From positions 1 through 60,126 of the forward strand of contig CAYQKW010000007.1 in assembly GCA_964418245.1 (NCBI GenBank): 60,126 nucleotides of DNA, given 5' to 3'. Positions 19,374 through 30,500 of this stretch are shown here, in pieces. The stretch's first letter is position 1. Each line of letters starts with the position of its first letter. Under the pieces are notes generated by a model that saw only the letters and a program-made list of their open reading frames with translations, did no database searches and was not told the DNA's origin. The DNA is from an uncultured Oscillospiraceae bacterium. Its GTDB lineage: Bacteria > Bacillota > Clostridia > RUG12999. A program made the translations under genes and the position numbers.

Positions 19374-20239
19374 TGAAGATGTCGGAACTTGAAAACAGAC
19401 TGCAAAAACACGCCGAAACAACAAAATCCGCCATATCCTCTCCTTTCGTAATCGAAAGAGAGGAATTAAACATGGCAAACAACAAACACAATTTAAAACG
19501 CATGATACTACCGCTTGCCGCCGCTATCTGTTTGATATGCACAACAACATTTGCGGCGATAAAACTTATGAACGCGAAGGATACGGCAACCGCCCTGGGG
19601 GATTCAAAACTCGCCCGATATTTTGATGAACGCGGCGGTGTTTCGGATACGGTTACGGACGGGAAATACAAAGCAACCGTGCTCGGTATTGTATCCGGCG
19701 AAAATCTCAGCGAGTTCAAATCTTCGTCGTGGGATATATTCCCCGAAAGGACTTATGCGGTTGTGGCGGTGGAACGAAGCGATGGCGGCGATATGACTTT
19801 TGATGATGAAATATTGGTCACTCCGCTAATTGAAGGGCTTAGCCCGTGGAAATACAACATATTCACAATGAACGGCGGATATACCGCGGATATTTTAAAC
19901 GGAATCCTTTACAGGATAATCGAATTTGACAGCATAGAATATTTTGCCGACAGAACCGTATATATGGCTGTGGTTTCCGAACCGTTCATAAAAAATACTC
20001 AGTATTCATACGACGAAAACACGGGTGCAATTGCCGCCAAAGACGATTATGACGGCACAAATATTTTAATTGAGCTGAAGCTTGACAAATCAAAGGCGAA
20101 TCCCGAAAAGGCACGGGAATATCTTGATAAACCGAACGAAGATGTCCAACCGGATGACAACGCCGTGAAAAGCGGCAATTACGTTCTTTCTCCGGACCCG
20201 AACGGCGACGAAAATTCTTTTATCGTCACAGAAGAATAA
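19370..20239 (+). CDS. Probable anti-sigma factor (single TM, extracellular domain)
   Basis: Overlaps the sigma gene stop; one hydrophobic helix ending TTTFAA. Confidence 0.6.
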   Translation: MMKMSELENRLQKHAETTKSAISSPFVIEREELNMANNKHNLKRMILPLAAAICLICTTTFAAIKLMNAKDTATALGDSKLARYFDERGGVSDTVTDGKYKATVLGIVSGENLSEFKSSSWDIFPERTYAVVAVERSDGGDMTFDDEILVTPLIEGLSPWKYNIFTMNGGYTADILNGILYRIIEFDSIEYFADRTVYMAVVSEPFIKNTQYSYDENTGAIAAKDDYDGTNILIELKLDKSKANPEKAREYLDKPNEDVQPDDNAVKSGNYVLSPDPNGDENSFIVTEE

Positions 20240-20356
20240 AGCCTGTCGGCAAAGTATATGTATTCGCGAATACAATACACCGTTTTGCCCGTGCAATGTG
20301 CAATCAAGCAAAAATACTTGTTCTATCACCATGCAAATCCGACCGTGAAGAATGTG

Positions 20357-21211
20357 TCATTCTTCGCGGCCGAGCAGGATTACGGAAAATATAACAAGAA
20401 GCATTCCGACGAGTTTGATTTTATCAAGCGTTTCGTTATACAATGTCACACCTATTGCCGCGGCGGCAACCGGTTCTATTGCGGCAATTACCGCCGCCTT
20501 TCCGGCCGGTGTTTTGCCAAGCCCGAAATTATATAAAAGATATGCCGCAAAGCAGGTCACGATACCTATTGAAACAGACCATGCCGCGCCGTTTGCCGTC
20601 AGCATTTTTGCCGCTGTATCGGCACTCAAAAACGGAATGCAGAATACGCTTGCAAACAAAAATGTATAAAATGTTGCCGTCGGCACTTCATACTTTTTAA
20701 GCTGTGCCTTTGTGAATATGCTGTAAAGCGCATAACCGACACCACTGCCGATACCGGTCGAAAGTCCGAGTGCCGTAACGCGGTTTGATTCCGAAAAAAC
20801 CCCCGAAACGAACGCACATCCGGCAACCGCGGCAACAGCCGCCGCGGCTTTTTTCGGGGTTATTTTTTCTTTAAAGAAAATACGCGCCATAATCATAACG
20901 AATATCGGTGACGTATAAAGCAGTACAGCCGCAACGGATATTGAGCAAAGCTGCATTGATGAAAAATAACAGAACGTGAAAAATACAAAACTCACAACTC
21001 CGCTCCCGAAAAACAACGGCAAATCCTTTATTTTCACTTTAAACAGCTTTTTGTCTTTTATGTAAATATATACTGCCATGCATATCAACGATACAAAAAC
21101 GCGAATAAATACAATTTCAAATGTTGTAAAGCCGATATTGCGCATGGATTTTACAAAAATGCCCATACTTCCCCAAAGTATTCCGGCAAAAAGTATACAA
21201 AGCTTATACAC
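20357..21211 (-). CDS. EamA/DMT family transporter
   Basis: ~10 TM helices, LWG, LLYTSP, IEPV motifs. Confidence 0.9.
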   Translation of the reverse strand: MYKLCILFAGILWGSMGIFVKSMRNIGFTTFEIVFIRVFVSLICMAVYIYIKDKKLFKVKIKDLPLFFGSGVVSFVFFTFCYFSSMQLCSISVAAVLLYTSPIFVMIMARIFFKEKITPKKAAAAVAAVAGCAFVSGVFSESNRVTALGLSTGIGSGVGYALYSIFTKAQLKKYEVPTATFYTFLFASVFCIPFLSADTAAKMLTANGAAWSVSIGIVTCFAAYLLYNFGLGKTPAGKAAVIAAIEPVAAAAIGVTLYNETLDKIKLVGMLLVIFSVILLGREE

Positions 21212-21869
21212 CGTTTATCCTCCTTATCGTGTTGATTATTTCGGACGGAGTTTCAACAATAATATCGGCATCTTTCAAATCTTCCGCATCTCTGAATCCC
21301 CACAGCACACCGATTTTGAAAATCCCGGCATTTATACCCGTTTGCATATCGGTTGATGTATCGCCGACATATATGCATTCATCTTTTACCGCGCCGAGTT
21401 CCTCAAGAAGCATATTAACCCCGGTCGGGTCGGGTTTGACGGGTATGCCGCTGCGCTGTCCGTATACGGCATCGAACTTAAATCCGCCGAAAATTTCGGC
21501 GGCAATTTTGCACACCGTATTGTGCGGTTTGTTCGATATTACGGCTGTTTTGATTTTCATTGCGGCAAGCGTGTTCAGCATTTCGCATATTCCGTCGTAA
21601 GGACGGACGAGATACAGCGGATTGTTATCGTAACTTTCGTTATATTCTTTCAAAACCTTTTCAAGAAGTTCGCCGTCGCCGCGTTCGCCGGCATTTTTCA
21701 AAAGCCGCATTACAAGCGTTTTTGCACCGTCACCGACAAATTTTTTGAAATCTTCGGTATCCGCCGTTTTTAAACCGTGTTTTTCAAGTGTTTTATTTGC
21801 AAAATATTGTATTGAATATATTGTATTCGACAGAGTTCCGTCAAAGTCGAAAATTGCCGTTTTTATCAT
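21204..21869 (-). CDS. HAD family hydrolase (phosphoglycolate phosphatase-like)
   Basis: FDFDGTL, SNK, KPDP, YVGDTSTD. Confidence 0.9.
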   Translation of the reverse strand: MIKTAIFDFDGTLSNTIYSIQYFANKTLEKHGLKTADTEDFKKFVGDGAKTLVMRLLKNAGERGDGELLEKVLKEYNESYDNNPLYLVRPYDGICEMLNTLAAMKIKTAVISNKPHNTVCKIAAEIFGGFKFDAVYGQRSGIPVKPDPTGVNMLLEELGAVKDECIYVGDTSTDMQTGINAGIFKIGVLWGFRDAEDLKDADIIVETPSEIINTIRRINGV

Positions 21870-22588
21870 ATGTTTGTTCCCCAATCTTTAAGTTTGTAAT
21901 CAAAGTGTTCCGCCGCAAAAAGTTTTATCACGGAGTACAGATTTTTCAGTTCTGTTTCCGACACACCAAACTTAAGCATATTTTTAAATTCAGAGTTCAA
22001 AACAAACCTCATAACCTCAAGTTCGCGACGGCTTATCTTTGGTTCGTGAGTGCCGCAGCCCGTGCAAAGCACACCGCCCGAAAGCGGCGAAAAAAAGCAT
22101 ATGTCTTCGGTTTTTCCGCAGTTTATGCACCGGTTCACTTCCGGAGCATATCCTGATATTTTTGCCGATTTCAAATAAAAAACAACCAAAATTTTAAGCG
22201 GATTTATCTCCAGTTCAGACAAAGCATAAAGACTGTTCAGGCAAAGGCGCAGCATATCTTTACACGACGTATCTTCTTTGCATATGTATGCCGCAAATGA
22301 CGTTACGGCACTTGCGGCAAAGAGTTTTTCAACGGATTGTGAAATACCGAAAAAGTTTTCAATCGGCTGTGCCGTTTCAAGGCTGAAAACACCGCCGCGT
22401 TTTGCAAGTGCAAAATCGCAGTAACAAAAATTATTCAAAAAAGCCCCTCTTTTGTGGCTTTTGCCGCCTTTTACGGCAACAGAAATTTTGCCTTCCTCCG
22501 CGGTTAGCACCGTCAGCATTTTATTCGCTTCGCCGTAAACGCTGCTGCGCAGAATAAGTCCCTTGGTCTCTGTTCGATACATCTTCAT
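21866..22588 (-). CDS. recO: DNA repair protein RecO
   Basis: GLILR..YGEANK.LTVLT..GKI; C..CG...GG..C..C zinc motif. Confidence 0.93.
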   Translation of the reverse strand: MKMYRTETKGLILRSSVYGEANKMLTVLTAEEGKISVAVKGGKSHKRGAFLNNFCYCDFALAKRGGVFSLETAQPIENFFGISQSVEKLFAASAVTSFAAYICKEDTSCKDMLRLCLNSLYALSELEINPLKILVVFYLKSAKISGYAPEVNRCINCGKTEDICFFSPLSGGVLCTGCGTHEPKISRRELEVMRFVLNSEFKNMLKFGVSETELKNLYSVIKLFAAEHFDYKLKDWGTNI

Positions 22589-22685
22589 CCCTCTTTGCGG
22601 TTTTTGTTAGCTCGTTATATAAAAGATAATCTCCTATCCTGCCCGTATTGCAGAATATATTCCACATCAAATCGTCGGTTTTCAA
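22521..22685 (-). CDS. YqzL-like small protein (54 aa, not in ORF track)
   Basis: Manual translation MKTDDLMWNIFCNTGRIGDYLLYNEL...; RBS GGTGAGG; sits directly upstream of recO. Confidence 0.75.
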   Translation of the reverse strand: MKTDDLMWNIFCNTGRIGDYLLYNELTKTAKRDEDVSNRDQGTYSAQQRLRRSE

Positions 22686-22770
22686 AACAATCCTCACCTT
22701 TCATATATTTATGATTTTAGTTTAAACCAAAACATATAAAAATATTTTCGGAAAAATAAGGATTTGTTTA

Positions 22771-22818
22771 AAAAAACACCGCACAATCACCGAAAAGCCG
22801 GTAATAATACGGTGTTTT
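22771..22818 (-). terminator. Terminator-like hairpin downstream of the tRNA
   Basis: AAAAACACCG...CGGTGTTTTT. Confidence 0.6.
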
Positions 22819-22893
22819 TGGCACCCCCTGCGAGAATCGAACTCACAACTAACCCTTAGGAGGGGTTTATTATATCCATTTAACTAAGGGGGC
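22819..22893 (-). tRNA. tRNA-Arg (anticodon CCT)
   Basis: GCCCCCTTAGTTAAATGGATATAATAAACCC-CTCCTAA-GGGTTAGTTGTGAGTTCGATTCTCGCAGGGGGTGCCA: cloverleaf, T-loop GTTCGA, CCA end. Confidence 0.95.
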
Positions 22894-22943
22894 ATATTTA
22901 TTCAAATCACGGCGAAAACGGTTCGGGTATATCCGACATATTT

Positions 22944-22972
22944 ATTTTACAATGTTTTTTGTGTTTTGTCAA
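22944..22972 (-). promoter_or_regulatory. SigA-type promoter for the tRNA
   Basis: TTGACA-17-TAAAAT. Confidence 0.6.
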
Positions 22973-23082
22973 TAGCAAAACGGATATTTTGTAAAATTTT
23001 ATGTGGGTTTTGCAACATTGCTATTGAAATTATGTTTTATTTATGTTAAAATATATACAGAAAACTGAAAGGAACCAAAAAT

Positions 23083-24213
23083 ATGTTTAAAATACTTCAC
23101 AAAAACAACAAAGCAAGGCGCGGAGAATTTACAACGGTACACGGCACGGTGCAAACACCTGTTTTCATGAATGTCGGCACTTCCGCAACCGTTAAAGGCG
23201 GTATTTCGTCCGTTGACCTGAAAGAAGTCAAATGCCAGGTTGAACTCTCTAACACATATCACCTGCACGTAAGACCCGGCGATGATATTATAGCCGAACT
23301 CGGCGGACTGCACAAATTCATGAACTGGGACAGACCGATATTGACCGACAGCGGCGGATTTCAAGTGTTTTCGCTCGGCGCACTCAGAAAAATCAAAGAA
23401 GAGGGCGTATATTTTGCGTCGCACATAGACGGCAAAAAAATATTCATGGGTCCGGAAGAAAGTATGCGCATTCAGTCACATCTTGCGTCAACAATCGCGA
23501 TGGCATTTGACGAATGTATCGAAAATCCCGCTCCGAAAGAATATGTTGAAAATTCAATCGACCGCACGACAAGATGGCTGAAACGCTGCAAAGACGAAAT
23601 GTCGCGGCTCAATTCGCTTGACGGTACGATAAACAATCATCAGTTGCTTTTCGGCATAAATCAGGGCGGAACATATCACGACCTGCGCATACGCCATATG
23701 CGCGATATTGCAAAACTTGATTTGCCCGGATATGCCATAGGCGGTCTTGCCGTCGGCGAAACAACGCAGGAAATGTATGATATTATAGATGCTGTCGAAC
23801 CTTTTGCTCCGGAGGACAGACCGCGCTATCTCATGGGCGTCGGAACACCCGTAAACATTGTGGAAGCGGTTGCACGCGGAGTGGATTTTTTCGATTGCGT
23901 AATGCCGAGCCGAAACGCACGTCACGGTTCGATTTTCACCTCAAAGGGATATATGCACATCCTTAATCAAAAATATGCAACCGACCCAAACCCGATTGAC
24001 AAAGACTGCGGATGCCCGGCGTGCCGCCACTATTCGCGCGCGTATATCCGTCATCTTTTAAAAGCCGGAGAGATGCTTGGAATGCGTCTTTGTGTACTGC
24101 ACAATCTTTGGTTTTATAATACCATGATGGAAGAAATACGCACGGCAATTGAAGAAGACAGATTTGACAAATACAGAGAGTTTGCCAACGAAACATTTTT
24201 AAAAAGACTTTAA
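23083..24213 (+). CDS. tgt: Queuine tRNA-ribosyltransferase
   Basis: TPVFMNVGT, LTDSGGFQVFSL, YLMGVG, DFFDCV, C.C..C zinc site. Confidence 0.97.
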   Translation: MFKILHKNNKARRGEFTTVHGTVQTPVFMNVGTSATVKGGISSVDLKEVKCQVELSNTYHLHVRPGDDIIAELGGLHKFMNWDRPILTDSGGFQVFSLGALRKIKEEGVYFASHIDGKKIFMGPEESMRIQSHLASTIAMAFDECIENPAPKEYVENSIDRTTRWLKRCKDEMSRLNSLDGTINNHQLLFGINQGGTYHDLRIRHMRDIAKLDLPGYAIGGLAVGETTQEMYDIIDAVEPFAPEDRPRYLMGVGTPVNIVEAVARGVDFFDCVMPSRNARHGSIFTSKGYMHILNQKYATDPNPIDKDCGCPACRHYSRAYIRHLLKAGEMLGMRLCVLHNLWFYNTMMEEIRTAIEEDRFDKYREFANETFLKRL

Positions 24214-24226
24214 CAAGGAGTATGCA

Positions 24227-27200
24227 ATGCCTGTAAACATAATATCCGGTCCCGTTAAAAGCGGCAAAACCGTTAAATGTATTCAAATAATGAAAAATAT
24301 CGGCAGCAACGTTTGTTATATTGTTCCCGAACCGTTTTCATACGGTGCGGAGATTGAAATTGCAAATCTTTTCGGTGCTGTCAGCAGTGAAACGGCAGAC
24401 GTAACCTCTTTCAAACGTTTGTATCACAAAGTTATAAACGAATTTGGCATAGGCGGTTATGAACGGCTTACAAAAAGCGGCAAACAAATTCTTTTGGGAT
24501 TGGTGTGCCGCCGCGTATCAAGCAAACTCACCGTATTGAAAAGAGCCTCTGCCTACTCCGGATTTACCGAAATTTTAAGCGATATAACAAAAGAATTTGC
24601 AATGTATTCAATTTTGCCGGATGACATTAAACTTGCCGCCGAAAAATCCGAAGACGCCGTTCTTCAAAACAAGCTTCTCGACCTTTACGTAATTTATTCG
24701 GAATTTGTAAAACTGCTCGGCGACCGTTATATCACAGGCGATGACGAACTGACTCTGCTTGCGAAAATAATTTCCGACAACAAAGCACATTTTGCCGAAA
24801 ACACATTTATATTTGACGGATTCACAAGCTTTACGCCGCAAGAGATGAACGTTATAAAAAATCTGCACGACTGCGGCAGTAACATATACATTGCGTTTTC
24901 CGCCGCTTCCGATTCGGAGTTATACGCCGACCAAACGGCAGATATAAAAGAACTTGCGGAATATGCCGGCGTGAAGCTCATAAAAACCGAAAAAATATAT
25001 GCACCGAAAGATTTGGCACATCTTGCGGAATGCTTTGAAAAAAACATAAAATCAAAACAACACGCCGAGAATATATCCGTCACCGAATACAACACCGTAC
25101 ACGACGAAATAAAAAGCGTTGCCGAACATATAAAACGGCTTGTGAAATCCGGAAAAAGATATAAAGACATCACGGTATCGGCAAGAGACGGCGAACGATA
25201 TTTAAGTATAATTTCCGAGGTATTCAAACAATATGAAATTCCGTGTTTTATATCGAAAAAAATAAATGCGGCAACACAGCCCGCCGCCGACGCCGTTTTC
25301 GGCGCACTTAACACCGTTATTGAAAATTTCAGCTACAAGGCTTTGTTTTCATATTTAAAATCCGGATTTGCCGCCGACCTGCGTGACGAAGTCGATTTGT
25401 TGGAAAACTATTGTCTTGCAGTCGGAATAAAAGGAAACGGGTATAAAAAAGAATGGAAATATACGCCCAAAATTGCAAACGATTTTGACTCTGACGAAGA
25501 ATTTTTAATTGAAATAAACAGAATACGCGAAAAGCTTATATCTCCGCTTCTGCACCTTTCCGACGGGCTTTGCAATGCAGAAACCGTAAAAGAAAAATGC
25601 ACCGTTTTGTTTGAATTTATGACGCAGATAAAACTTTTTGAAAATACAAAAGCCGGCGTTGAGCGGTTTCGTGAAAGTTCGCCCGAAATATCGGCACATT
25701 ACGGGCAGATATGGAATATTTTGATTGATTCTCTCGACGAGGCAGCCGAGCTTGCCGGCAACGAAAAAGTGACATCGAAAGAATTTGTGCAGATGATAAA
25801 AAGTGCCGTATCCTCGCACGAAATAGGGATGATACCGACTTCTTTGGACAGCGTTACGGTTTGCGGCGCGGCCGATACCGCCGATACAGACACATTGTTT
25901 GTTGTCGGCACAAACGACGGCGTGTATCCGCAGATAATGACGGACGAGGGTATTTTGAACGACGAGGACAGAAAAAATCTTTTGAATATGGGTCTACGGC
26001 TTGCTCCGGATACCGTTAAACGTGCTTTCGGAGAAGATTTTTTAATTTTAAATTTGCTTATGCGCGCAAAAAACAAACTGAATATTTCTTATCCGATTTC
26101 CGACATATCCGGAAACTCCTACAGACCCTCACGTATTATTCACAGGATTTGCGGTTGTTTTGACAACCTGTGCATCGAAAGCCGCATTGCCGGCTATGTT
26201 CCGTCAAAAGAAAATATATTGGCAAAACGTCCGGCGTTTTCGTATATGACAAATGCCTTAAGAAACGAAACCGCCGGTTTTGAAGCAGACAAAGTTTGGC
26301 ACGAAACGGCGGCGTTTTTCAAAGAACATGACCCACGGAAATTCAATCTGTTTGAATCCGGTATAAATTACAAACCGCGCGGCAACGGGATATTGCCCAC
26401 TGTTCTTGACGATTTTTTTGCGGACGGCACGATGAACGTGAGCGTATCGCGGCTTGAAAGCTACAGAAAATGTCCGTTTGCGCATTTTTTGAAATATATG
26501 CTTTACATAGACAAGCGCAAAGCCGCCGGGCTTGAAAACACCGACACCGGCAGTATTATGCATGAAATTATGTTTGAACTTTCGGAAGAACTTTCTGCAC
26601 AGAAAATGTCATGGAGAACCGCCGACGAAGATTTTATAAAAAATATGGTTGTGAAAATAACCGACCGAAAAATTCTTGAAACCGAAGCTCTTTTCGATGT
26701 GAAATCGCACCGTCGGGCGCATATGCTGGCACGTTTGAAAAGAATGCTTGTAATATCTGTGATGTATGTTGCGCATCATCTAAAATCCGGCAAGTTCGAG
26801 CCGCTCGGATATGAAATCAATATAGGCGGCGGAAAATATATTCCGCTTACGCTGAAAATTGACGGCAAAACCGTTAAACTGCGCGGCGTGATTGACCGTG
26901 CCGATATATATGTCGACGAAAACGGCGGAAGATATATACGCATTATCGACTACAAATCCGGCAACCGTGATTTTGACATAAAAAAAATGATGTGCGGTCT
27001 TGAACTGCAACTCGCCGTATATCTCGACAGGATATGCACACTTGAAAACGCCGTTCCGGCCGGGGTTCTGTATTTCAGATTCAAAGACCCTTTGGCAGAG
27101 GTGAACGAAACGGATAACGCAGAGCTAAAGCTTGCGGACGAATTTAAAATGACCGGTCTTGTTGCGGACGACATAAACATAATCACCGCAATGGATTCCA

Positions 27201-27529
27201 ATATAAACGGCAAAAGCAGTATAATCCCCGTGACTTTACGCAAAGACGGGAGCATTTCCCAAACCTCGCATACTGCCGATTTCAATCAGTTTATGGGCAT
27301 ACGCAAAGAAGCCAATAAAATCATAAAAAAGCTAAGCCGCGAGATTTTAAACGGAAAAACCGATATATCACCCATAAAATACGGAAAAGAAAGCGGCTGT
27401 GATTTTTGCGATTTCAGGGACGTGTGTCATTTTGAGAAAAAGCTCGGCTGTAAATTCAATTATATTGCCGACAGGGATAAAAACGAACTTATGGAAATTC
27501 TTGAACGGGAGGGGAAAGAAAATGCCTGA
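24227..27529 (+). CDS. addB: ATP-dependent helicase/nuclease subunit B
   Basis: GPVKSGKT, SVSRLE..CPF, RGVIDRAD..IIDYKSG, C..C..C Fe-S cysteines. Confidence 0.92.
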   Translation: MPVNIISGPVKSGKTVKCIQIMKNIGSNVCYIVPEPFSYGAEIEIANLFGAVSSETADVTSFKRLYHKVINEFGIGGYERLTKSGKQILLGLVCRRVSSKLTVLKRASAYSGFTEILSDITKEFAMYSILPDDIKLAAEKSEDAVLQNKLLDLYVIYSEFVKLLGDRYITGDDELTLLAKIISDNKAHFAENTFIFDGFTSFTPQEMNVIKNLHDCGSNIYIAFSAASDSELYADQTADIKELAEYAGVKLIKTEKIYAPKDLAHLAECFEKNIKSKQHAENISVTEYNTVHDEIKSVAEHIKRLVKSGKRYKDITVSARDGERYLSIISEVFKQYEIPCFISKKINAATQPAADAVFGALNTVIENFSYKALFSYLKSGFAADLRDEVDLLENYCLAVGIKGNGYKKEWKYTPKIANDFDSDEEFLIEINRIREKLISPLLHLSDGLCNAETVKEKCTVLFEFMTQIKLFENTKAGVERFRESSPEISAHYGQIWNILIDSLDEAAELAGNEKVTSKEFVQMIKSAVSSHEIGMIPTSLDSVTVCGAADTADTDTLFVVGTNDGVYPQIMTDEGILNDEDRKNLLNMGLRLAPDTVKRAFGEDFLILNLLMRAKNKLNISYPISDISGNSYRPSRIIHRICGCFDNLCIESRIAGYVPSKENILAKRPAFSYMTNALRNETAGFEADKVWHETAAFFKEHDPRKFNLFESGINYKPRGNGILPTVLDDFFADGTMNVSVSRLESYRKCPFAHFLKYMLYIDKRKAAGLENTDTGSIMHEIMFELSEELSAQKMSWRTADEDFIKNMVVKITDRKILETEALFDVKSHRRAHMLARLKRMLVISVMYVAHHLKSGKFEPLGYEINIGGGKYIPLTLKIDGKTVKLRGVIDRADIYVDENGGRYIRIIDYKSGNRDFDIKKMMCGLELQLAVYLDRICTLENAVPAGVLYFRFKDPLAEVNETDNAELKLADEFKMTGLVADDINIITAMDSNINGKSSIIPVTLRKDGSISQTSHTADFNQFMGIRKEANKIIKKLSREILNGKTDISPIKYGKESGCDFCDFRDVCHFEKKLGCKFNYIADRDKNELMEILEREGKENA

Positions 27530-30500
27530 ATTTACCGATGACCAAAAAAGGGCAATCTATGAAGAAGGTTGTGACATTCTTGTTTCGGCGGCGGCGGGAA
27601 GCGGAAAAACCGCCGTTTTGTCCGAACGTGTGCTGAACAAACTGCTTGACGGACACGATATAACCGAATTTCTTGTGGTTACGTTTACAAATGCGGCGGC
27701 GGCGGAAATGAAAGAACGCATAAGCCGAAAAATCGGCGAGAAAATCGAAGAATCCGAAAAAAACACTTTCCTTTCGCGTCAGCTGACATTAATAGGCAAG
27801 GCAAGCATAACAACAATACACAGCTTTTGCCTTGACATAATCAAAAACAATTTTCATCTTTTGGATATTGACCCGGCGTTTAAAATTGCCGATGAAAACG
27901 AAACAAAGCTCATGAAACTTGAATCCGCGGAAGAAGCTCTTGAATTTATGTATGAACACGAGCCTGTGATGACAGATAAGCTTTGTATGCTTTTCGGCAA
28001 AAAAGACGAAACGTTTGAAGATGAAATAATCAAACTTTATGCTTTCACACGAAGTCTGCCCAATCCCGAAGAATGGCTGCGGTGTCAGTGCGAAGCATAT
28101 GCCTCGGATGTTCCGGCAACGGAACTTGTTTGGGTTAAATATATCATACACGACACATACATAAAGCTTTGCGCTTTGAAAAACGAATTTGAAAAACTTT
28201 ATGAAACCGCGGCGGAATCCGGGCTTAATTACAGTGCCGGGATTGAACAAAACACACGTGCAATCGAGGCACTCTGCACGGCGGCGCGGCATTCGGCAGA
28301 GAAGTTTCACGAAGAACTTTCATCTTTTGTTTTCGGTAAAATCGGCAGAAGAGGAAAAGACGAGGATGTTGTTTTGTGCGAAGAAATAAGCAAAAAACAC
28401 GACGACTTGAAATCGCGGTTCAAAAAAATCCAAAACACTCTCTGCGAAAAAAGTTTCAGCGAAATTTCCGCGGAAATAAAAAATGCATATCCGCTTGTGC
28501 AAACACTGACGAAATGTGTTAATACATTTTCGGAAATTTTTGCACAAAAGAAGCACAATGCGGCATTGATTGACTTTTCGGATTTTGAACACCTTGCCAT
28601 GAAAATTTTGAAAGACGACGGTAACGGCGTTGCAAAACGGCTGAGAGAACGATATACCGAAATTTTTGTTGATGAATATCAAGACTGCAATCTTGCACAG
28701 GAAACGCTGTTTTCGTACATATCGAGAAAAGAAAACGGAAAAAGCCGCAATATGTTTATGGTCGGCGATATAAAACAAAGCATATACCGTTTCAGACAGG
28801 CCGACCCCGGGATTTTTTCCGAAAAATCCAAAACCTATACACCGGACGGACTCCGGCGAAAAATATGTCTTAACAAAAATTTCCGAAGTTCATCAACCAT
28901 TCTTGCGTGTATAAACGACATTTTCAATGCCTGCATGAGCGAAGATGTCGGCGGTGTTGAATACGGCGTTGACGAACGGCTCTATTACCGCGATGATATA
29001 ACGCCCGAAAACGAGCCGAAATGCGAACTTTTGATTGTAAATTCCACCGCCGACACCGATATTGAAGACGAACCCGAAGAAAAAATCGGTTACGAAGCAC
29101 GGCTCATCGCAAAAAGGATTATACAATTGAAAGCCGAAGGCGGCAAATTCAGTGATTTTGCCGTGCTTATGCGCAACGTGAAAACAAACATTCACGCATT
29201 TGAAACGGAGTTTAAAAAGTTTGGCATACCATATTACGTTGACGGCGGAGGCGGATTTTTCGACAGTTTTGAAATTCGGCTTTTCATGTCGATATTAAAA
29301 ATCTGCGACAACCCCTATCAAGATATACCATTATGCGGTGTGCTGTTTTCTCCTCTGTTTGAGTTTGACGAAAACGATTTGCTGAAAATCCGTATGCACA
29401 GCGAATGTTCGCTTTACAAAGCACTTTGTGCATACGACACACCCGACGAAACAAAAGCAAAATGCGAATACTTTTTGAACACCCTTGCAAAATGGCGCGA
29501 TATGGCGGTTTCTCTTACGGTTGAAGAATTTTGCGGATATTTGTGCGACGAACTGTGTTACGATGATTTTATTTTATGTCTGCCGGGCGGCGACGGAAGA
29601 AAATCTAATTTTGATTTGTTTTTGATGCAGGTTAAAAAATTTGCGGATATGGGAATAAACGATTTGTTCGGATTCATTCTCTATCTCGACCGGCTTTCGG
29701 CGGGCGGTGACAGTGCCGGAGCAAAAACTCTTTCCGAAAACGCCGATGTTGTGCGCATAATGTCAATCCACAAATCGAAAGGACTGCAATTCAAAAATGT
29801 GTTTGTTGCCGGGTGCGGAAGAGACTTTAACATAAAAGATTCGACCGGCGGTTTGCTTTATCACAAAACCCTTGGGATAGGAATCACAATGATAAATACA
29901 GACAAGCACATAAAATATAAACTCATCTCACAGAAAGCCGTTTCCGCGGCAATAAAGCAAGAAAGCATTTCAGAGGAAATGCGCATACTTTATGTCGCAC
30001 TCACCCGTGCCGAAACGCGTTTGATATGTACCGCCTCGGTAAAAAAAGCAGACGAACGTGATTTTTTTGCGGAAAAAAAACCGCCGATAACCGCCTCGTC
30101 GTATCTTGACTGGATATGCTGCGGATTGAGTGACAAATGGATTGTGAAGATATTCGGCAAAAACGAACTTTCCGCCGAACTCTCGCACGAAGATGACGTT
30201 TCGACAAAAGATTACGGCGGATATTCCGAATATGTCGAAAACGCGCTAACCTATACGTATCCTCACGAAAAAGCGTCGCACACCCCCGTGAAGCTTTCGG
30301 TAAGCGAGATGAAAAAAGCCGATACCTACGACGACCCCACGGCATTCAAAATGTTTGCGCCGACACTTAAATCATATCCCGAATTTATTGAAAAACACGA
30401 TTTATCCGGAGCAAATGCCGGCACGGTAAATCATCTTGTTTTAAAGGAACTGGATTTGTCCGCTCCGTCTGTGGAAGAGTGTGTGGCACGGCTTAAAAAA

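Noticed and set aside
22700-22893. tRNA as an integration site
   Set aside because: Flanked by core genes; no duplicated tRNA 3' end or integrase seen.
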